NCBI GenBank assembly: GCA_051362555.1
Contig: CM120640.1
Coordinates: 66,690,788 to 66,754,787 of the forward strand
Direction: 5' to 3'
Source: Lingula anatina
Lineage: Eukaryota > Animalia > Brachiopoda
Length of the DNA: 64,000 nt
A program made the translations under genes and the position numbers. Shown here piece after piece: positions 58,899-64,000 of the stretch. Position 1 is the stretch's first letter. Each line of letters begins with the position of its first letter. The notes beneath the pieces were generated by a model that was not told the origin of the DNA, made no database searches, and saw only the letters and a program-made list of their open reading frames with translations.

Positions 58899-59279
58899 TT
58901 CTTGCAAGCGCAAGTACCAGTACTCAGTTAGTAGACTTCATACAGTTTTGCCTTTTGGTTACGTCACGATTTTGTTTGTACTGTCTCAGACTCACACAAC
59001 CATCCCCACACAATAAGGACAGTGACTGATTTTGATCCTTAGCTTTTATATATTTTAATTTATAAAATGCATTGCACTGTACAGTACAGCAACTTCACGC
59101 ACAGCAAGCTCAGTGCATGACATTATCATCATGTCTACTTTGTATTTCCAGTAGCAAAAATTCGACAATTACTTGAAGTTCAACTTCTGTTCAAATTTAA
59201 ATTTAGATTTTTGTAAAGACTGCCTTCTTGTTAATGTAAAGTGGTTTTGTGCCATCACCAGACAAAATAAGACAATAAA

Positions 59280-59416
59280 ACACATGTCTATTTTTGACTT
59301 TTGCACATATCTTGGTTTGGGCTTTGTTTTCTGACGCGCGCGCAAGTTGTTTTACCGGAAGTTGATGCAGATGCGTGCATTTTAGCACCGGTGTTTTTAT
59401 GTAAAAGTGTGCTGAA
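59280..59416. promoter_or_regulatory. Putative bidirectional promoter, SMIM8 / MED23
   Basis: The divergent ATGs are about 520 bp apart. A CpG-rich patch has tgacgcgcgcgc (59332) and the ETS consensus ccggaagt (59355-59362). Confidence 0.6.
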
Positions 59417-61214
59417 ATGCCAGACTTGGTCGATATGACAGACGAAATAGTAAACGAAGTCATTCAAGATGTTTTGGTGAGTACCCTCCATTTAAGGTTA
59501 ACTTACATACCACTGTCAAATTAAGTTAAATATGGCAACCATTATGGTACAATACAATGTCGTTTTCTCTTTCACAACTTTAGTTTCATTATCTATATCG
59601 TTACATGCCTTTCAAAGGATCGAAGCACATGTGGAAATACAATTCTGACTTAGATTTCAGTACGATATATGATCTTTTAAAAACCTGCTATGTAAAGGAG
59701 GAAGCAAAGTACAAAAATGATGACATCAATTTTTCATTATGGTAACGCTAACTAGTAGACTGCAGTGTGCTATACATTTATTTGAAACTTGTGTTGATAT
59801 AAAATATCTATACAGCCCTTCTTGTGGCTCCAGAAATTGTCGTATCTATTTTATAACGTCAGTGACTGTTGTCCAGGAACTGGCTGGCTGGTCACTACAG
59901 TTTCACTGTGCTCATTCTGTTATTTTGATTATGACGATAGTTGAACACAAAGCTTTCAAAACAAATTATCGATGGAAAAACATTTAAGAATACAAATGAA
60001 GTCATGCAATCTTATACCTAAGTCTGTTTGATTTTTCTTTATAGCAAGCAGAGGCAATACAGGAAGCATTTTGTGGTTTCCTGGAAAATTCCACTAAGAA
60101 CGAAGAAATGAAAAACCAGTCCTGTCAGCACACGTTTAAGTTTTTCTGGGCATCTCGAGTGAGTGTATTATGATAAAACAAAAAGATATTTTAAATTTGT
60201 GAATCATAGATGGTGTAAGTTGCTCAAGATGTAGTGTCTATTTCTTAATTCAGGTAACTATATATATGCAGTGATAAAGAATCAGTTTTCTTTGCAAAAT
60301 TTAAGCCAGCTGACAGAGCACTTGATAATTTTAAAATGAGAATAACACTGTCCAATTTGCTTGGGCAAGACAGTTCCCTATCAGAGTTTTATTTAAAAAG
60401 TTAAATTATGACATAATAAATCTCTGAGAAAAAAAAGGAAAGCTTTTCATCCTTGATGTAACATTTTCTGTTACAGATTTATATAGTCTTTAACTTGTTT
60501 TAGGATCCCTCCACATATGATGGCATCTTGAAAGCATATGTGTCTGCTGTGTACAATCAAAGGAACAGCAAGCGATCACAAAAGCTGTTTTCCATGCTAG
60601 AGTATCTTGTAGAAAACAGCATTGTTTCTGCCAAGTAAGTGGAGTATTTCCTTTTATAATGAGTTTGATTCTAAGAGGCTAGGCATGCTACTTTCTTTTT
60701 GGTCAATGAATTATTGTCCCTCTGCAGTAGTTGAATTTTTTAGTGCATTTTAAAGAAAGCATGTTACCTATTTACACAGCTTTGATCAATAAAGCCTTTT
60801 TTTGACAATTTTATGTTTCCCCATATTTCAGACAAGTATGTGAGGCTGTGCTGCATTGTGACAAGCTAAAGCATGAAAATGAAGCATTGTGGTGCCAAAC
60901 TTTTCAGTTATTAAGGAAGATTGTAGGAGGGGTGGATTACAAGGTAAGATGCCAATTTTACCCAAAGATAATGAAATACATAATGGTGAATATTTCACCC
61001 TGGTGATAGAGATACTAAAAATACAAAGTTGAATGGAGTTGGATGGTGGGGTGTTCAGATGGATCCAGATACAAATATGCTGATTCAGTGTCTGTTGCAT
61101 TGCAGGGCTGTAGGGACCTGTTTCGTCTAGTTCTTGAGAAGTGTCAGACCATCCCTATGTCTGCTAATGTCTCTGCTGTAAGACAGTTAGATGCAGCACT
61201 AAATGTAAGTACTC

Positions 61215-61245
<31 letters not shown>

Positions 61246-64000
61246 AAAAAAAAGAAAGCATACGAAAACATAAACTGTCAAGTTTCAAGTATTAGTGTTG
61301 GCTAGTCTTGAATATAGATGAAGTTGAATTTATTATTTTGATTGGTTACTGGCTTAATTTTGCTTAAAGAAAAAGTATATGATGGTAACATGCAACTTAT
61401 TTTCCCTAGGTGATATCTTACATTTTGGACAGAAATGCCTGCCTACTCCCCAGTTATTTTGCAGTCAATGAAATAGTAAAACTAACATCAGAGGACAGGG
61501 GAGGAGGACCGTGGCCACACTGGGTAAGAAAACATCAACAGTCTAATGCTAATGAGTGATATCTTGCTTTTGTTAAAACAGGTTTAGTATTACTGTTTTT
61601 TTTTGGGATGTAAAGCTAAATTCAGTTGAATGAGTTATATTTTTCCCCTTTTATGTACAGATGTAAAGTGTCTGTATGTATAGTCATCATTCATTGTCTT
61701 TTACTCATTAATTTTTCTTTTCAGAAATTAGGGCAGATTTTGTCTGATTTTGTAGAAACCTTTCGCCCCACTGCACAGATGGTCACTCTCCCAGGTAATC
61801 TTAGTTTGTCAGAAATATATAGATTCTGATAGTGTTGTTTCATATAGTGTTCATAAATTGTTTATGTTTTTCCTTAGTCAAGAATCTATTGCATGAATGG
61901 TTTGATAACTTAAAACATGGCTGTCATGTGGTCAGTTCTTTTTGCCTTCCAATTCGTTATGATTTATGTCTTGTCGTTCTAATTCATAAAGATTGTACAG
62001 TAATATTCTATTATTCATTTTCTATAGGGCGGCGCCACTTGCTACCTGTGGTTGGGCATTCTAGTACTACTGCAAGTGCTTGGAGGTTAACTCCAACATT
62101 GAAATTTCCTCTTCATGGCCCCCTACCATATGACAAGGTATTTTTATTGGTTAATTTCTTTTATATTCAATCATCCATTTACTATAAGTATTGTAGTCTT
62201 CATGTTCTTGAGACAGGATGGACATTGCTGCATCTTTTTATACAATTGTATAAAAATGGTATTAGATTGTATTAGAATGGTTTCTGATTTAATCTTTTTA
62301 AATAACTTAAAGGTTATTTCGCAAAAAAAAAAAATTACCAGGAAATGAAACTCATTAAAGAACTGGTGTAAATGGTATAAATTTGGCTTGCTATATGAAG
62401 TATGGGATTTTCACATTTTTCAGGAAGCCCAGGAACTTCAAACGGACTTATTGAGATATGTGCTGGAGCAACCATACTCCAGGGATATGGTCTGTAACAT
62501 GTTGTCACTCAATAAACAGGTACAAATAGACTTCCTCCAAGGAATATTTAGAATTGATGATGATTGGTTTTTTTGTTGGTTGTGCCATAAGTCCATTTTT
62601 TTGTTGATAATGTTTTTTTTTTTTTTTTTTTTTTTTGTGAAATTCCTTCGTTGCAATAATTTTGAAAAAAAATATTCATAGTTGGTTATTTTAATATTGA
62701 TGCTGTATATATTCTTGAGTTACCACAAAATCGCAGAACAAACTTCTTACTGTTGTATATAATGATGATAAGTCAGTAAATAAAAATGAAAATAAGTGTA
62801 TGTACACCAAATGCACCTGATGACAATGTAAATATACAAGATTAACAAACTGAATGTTAAAGTATACAAGCTGTTCATTATACAGTAATAAAGTCATGAT
62901 TATTAATACTAATTCTAAAACTTTATCTTTCCCAGGTGAAGCTGAGATGTCTCGTTCTAGAAGAGCAGCTGGTGGAGTTGATAGTTCTGGCCATGGAAAG
63001 ATCAGAGAGTGAGGATACATCAAATGAAGGGAGTGTTGTCAGTCAGTTACTATGGCAACATTTGTCAAGTCAGCTCATCTTTTTTGTCCTCTTTCAGTTT
63101 GCCAGTTTTCCACACATGGTATCATCACTTTACAATAAGGTATGTTGTTGACTGTGGATGAAAAGTGAATTCCATGTTTTTCTGTCTTCTAAATGTCATA
63201 TCAGCATGTTGTATCATCTCACTGACAATGTTCATACGAAGTAAATGAAAAAAAAAAACTGTGTTCATTCTAGGCAAATCCCTCATGACAAAGAGCTGGA
63301 CTTATCCACATATTTATGGATGCTATGAAAGTGTCTTTATGCTGTCATGTATATTAAAGGTCACTCTTTAATATGAAGAAGTTGAGATTTTTATGGTAAA
63401 TGCGAAAAAATGAGTAAAACTGATTCTTTTTAAATTTCAGCTGAAAGGCAGTAAGCTTCAGAAAGGCAGGAATCATTTGATGTGGGTTTTGCTGCAGTTT
63501 ATATCTGGAAGCATACAGAAAAATCCAGTGAGTTATTCTAATGAGCTAAATAATAAATGTATTTCTAACCTTTGCATCTTACTAGGCAATTTATTATTTG
63601 CTTGAATTATGTTGAGATTTTGGTTGATTGTGCAAACTGAATATATGATCATTTCTGTTGCAGCTTCAAGATTTCCTCCCAGTTTTAAAACTCTATGACC
63701 TGTTGTATACTGAGAAAGAGCCACTGAGTGTGCCTGATATAGAGAAACCCTATTCTACACTGTCCATGGCTGTCACCTGTATATGGATCCACCTGATAAG
63801 AAAAGCACAGACAGACAATGTGAAGCTAAAAAGACCAGTGCCATATACTTTGAAGAATCATATGGAGTAAGAGATTTGTGTTTGATTTTTATAATCTTTT
63901 TTTTTTATCTTTGTCAGTATATGGATAAACTAAATTACATAGCACTGTATACTTTAATATATATATATATATATATATATATTATTCATGTTCTGTAGGG
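59417..64000 (+). CDS. MED23: Mediator complex subunit 23 (5' part; continues beyond the window)
   Basis: Exons give LRKIVGGVDYKGCRDL, YILDRNACLLPSYFAVNEI, LSDFVETFRPTAQ, FPLHGPLPYDK, LLRYVLEQPYSRDMVCNML, QLLWQHLSSQLIFFVLFQFASFPHMV, KGRNHLMWVLLQFISGSIQKN and TCIWIHL. The start is at 59417 or 59435. Confidence 0.97.

Overview
AT-rich, intron-dense animal genomic DNA. A lophotrochozoan, possibly mollusc, is inferred from gene structure and repeat types only. Six spliced protein-coding genes can be assembled by hand. (1) A 5'-truncated mega-thrombospondin-type gene of about 46 exons (+, <2648-29997): LRRs, FN3-like, fibro-slime/PA14, cadherin, discoidin, Cys-rich/EGF, TSP type-3 repeats, L-lectin and LamG, ending in RRRRRRS...HEEL. 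(2) LETM1 (-), head-to-head with (3) a BRCT-containing Pol mu/TdT-type X-family polymerase (+). (4) A SUEL-lectin-like domain fused to a divergent GT14 xylosyltransferase-like enzyme (+). (5) SMIM8 (-), head-to-head with (6) MED23 (+, runs off the window). Introns carry many non-autonomous DNA transposons, LINE fragments and tandem repeats. The strongest leads are: a predicted furin-removable ER-retrieval tag on the mega-TSP, which also lacks the DDD matrix-retention motif; a 51-bp tandem array that multiplies an in-frame splice donor; the lectin-glycosyltransferase fusion with an altered donor pocket; and TdT-like Loop1 residues in the Pol X. Exon models are manual and no database search was run. 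Human residue comparisons are from memory and need checking by alignment.
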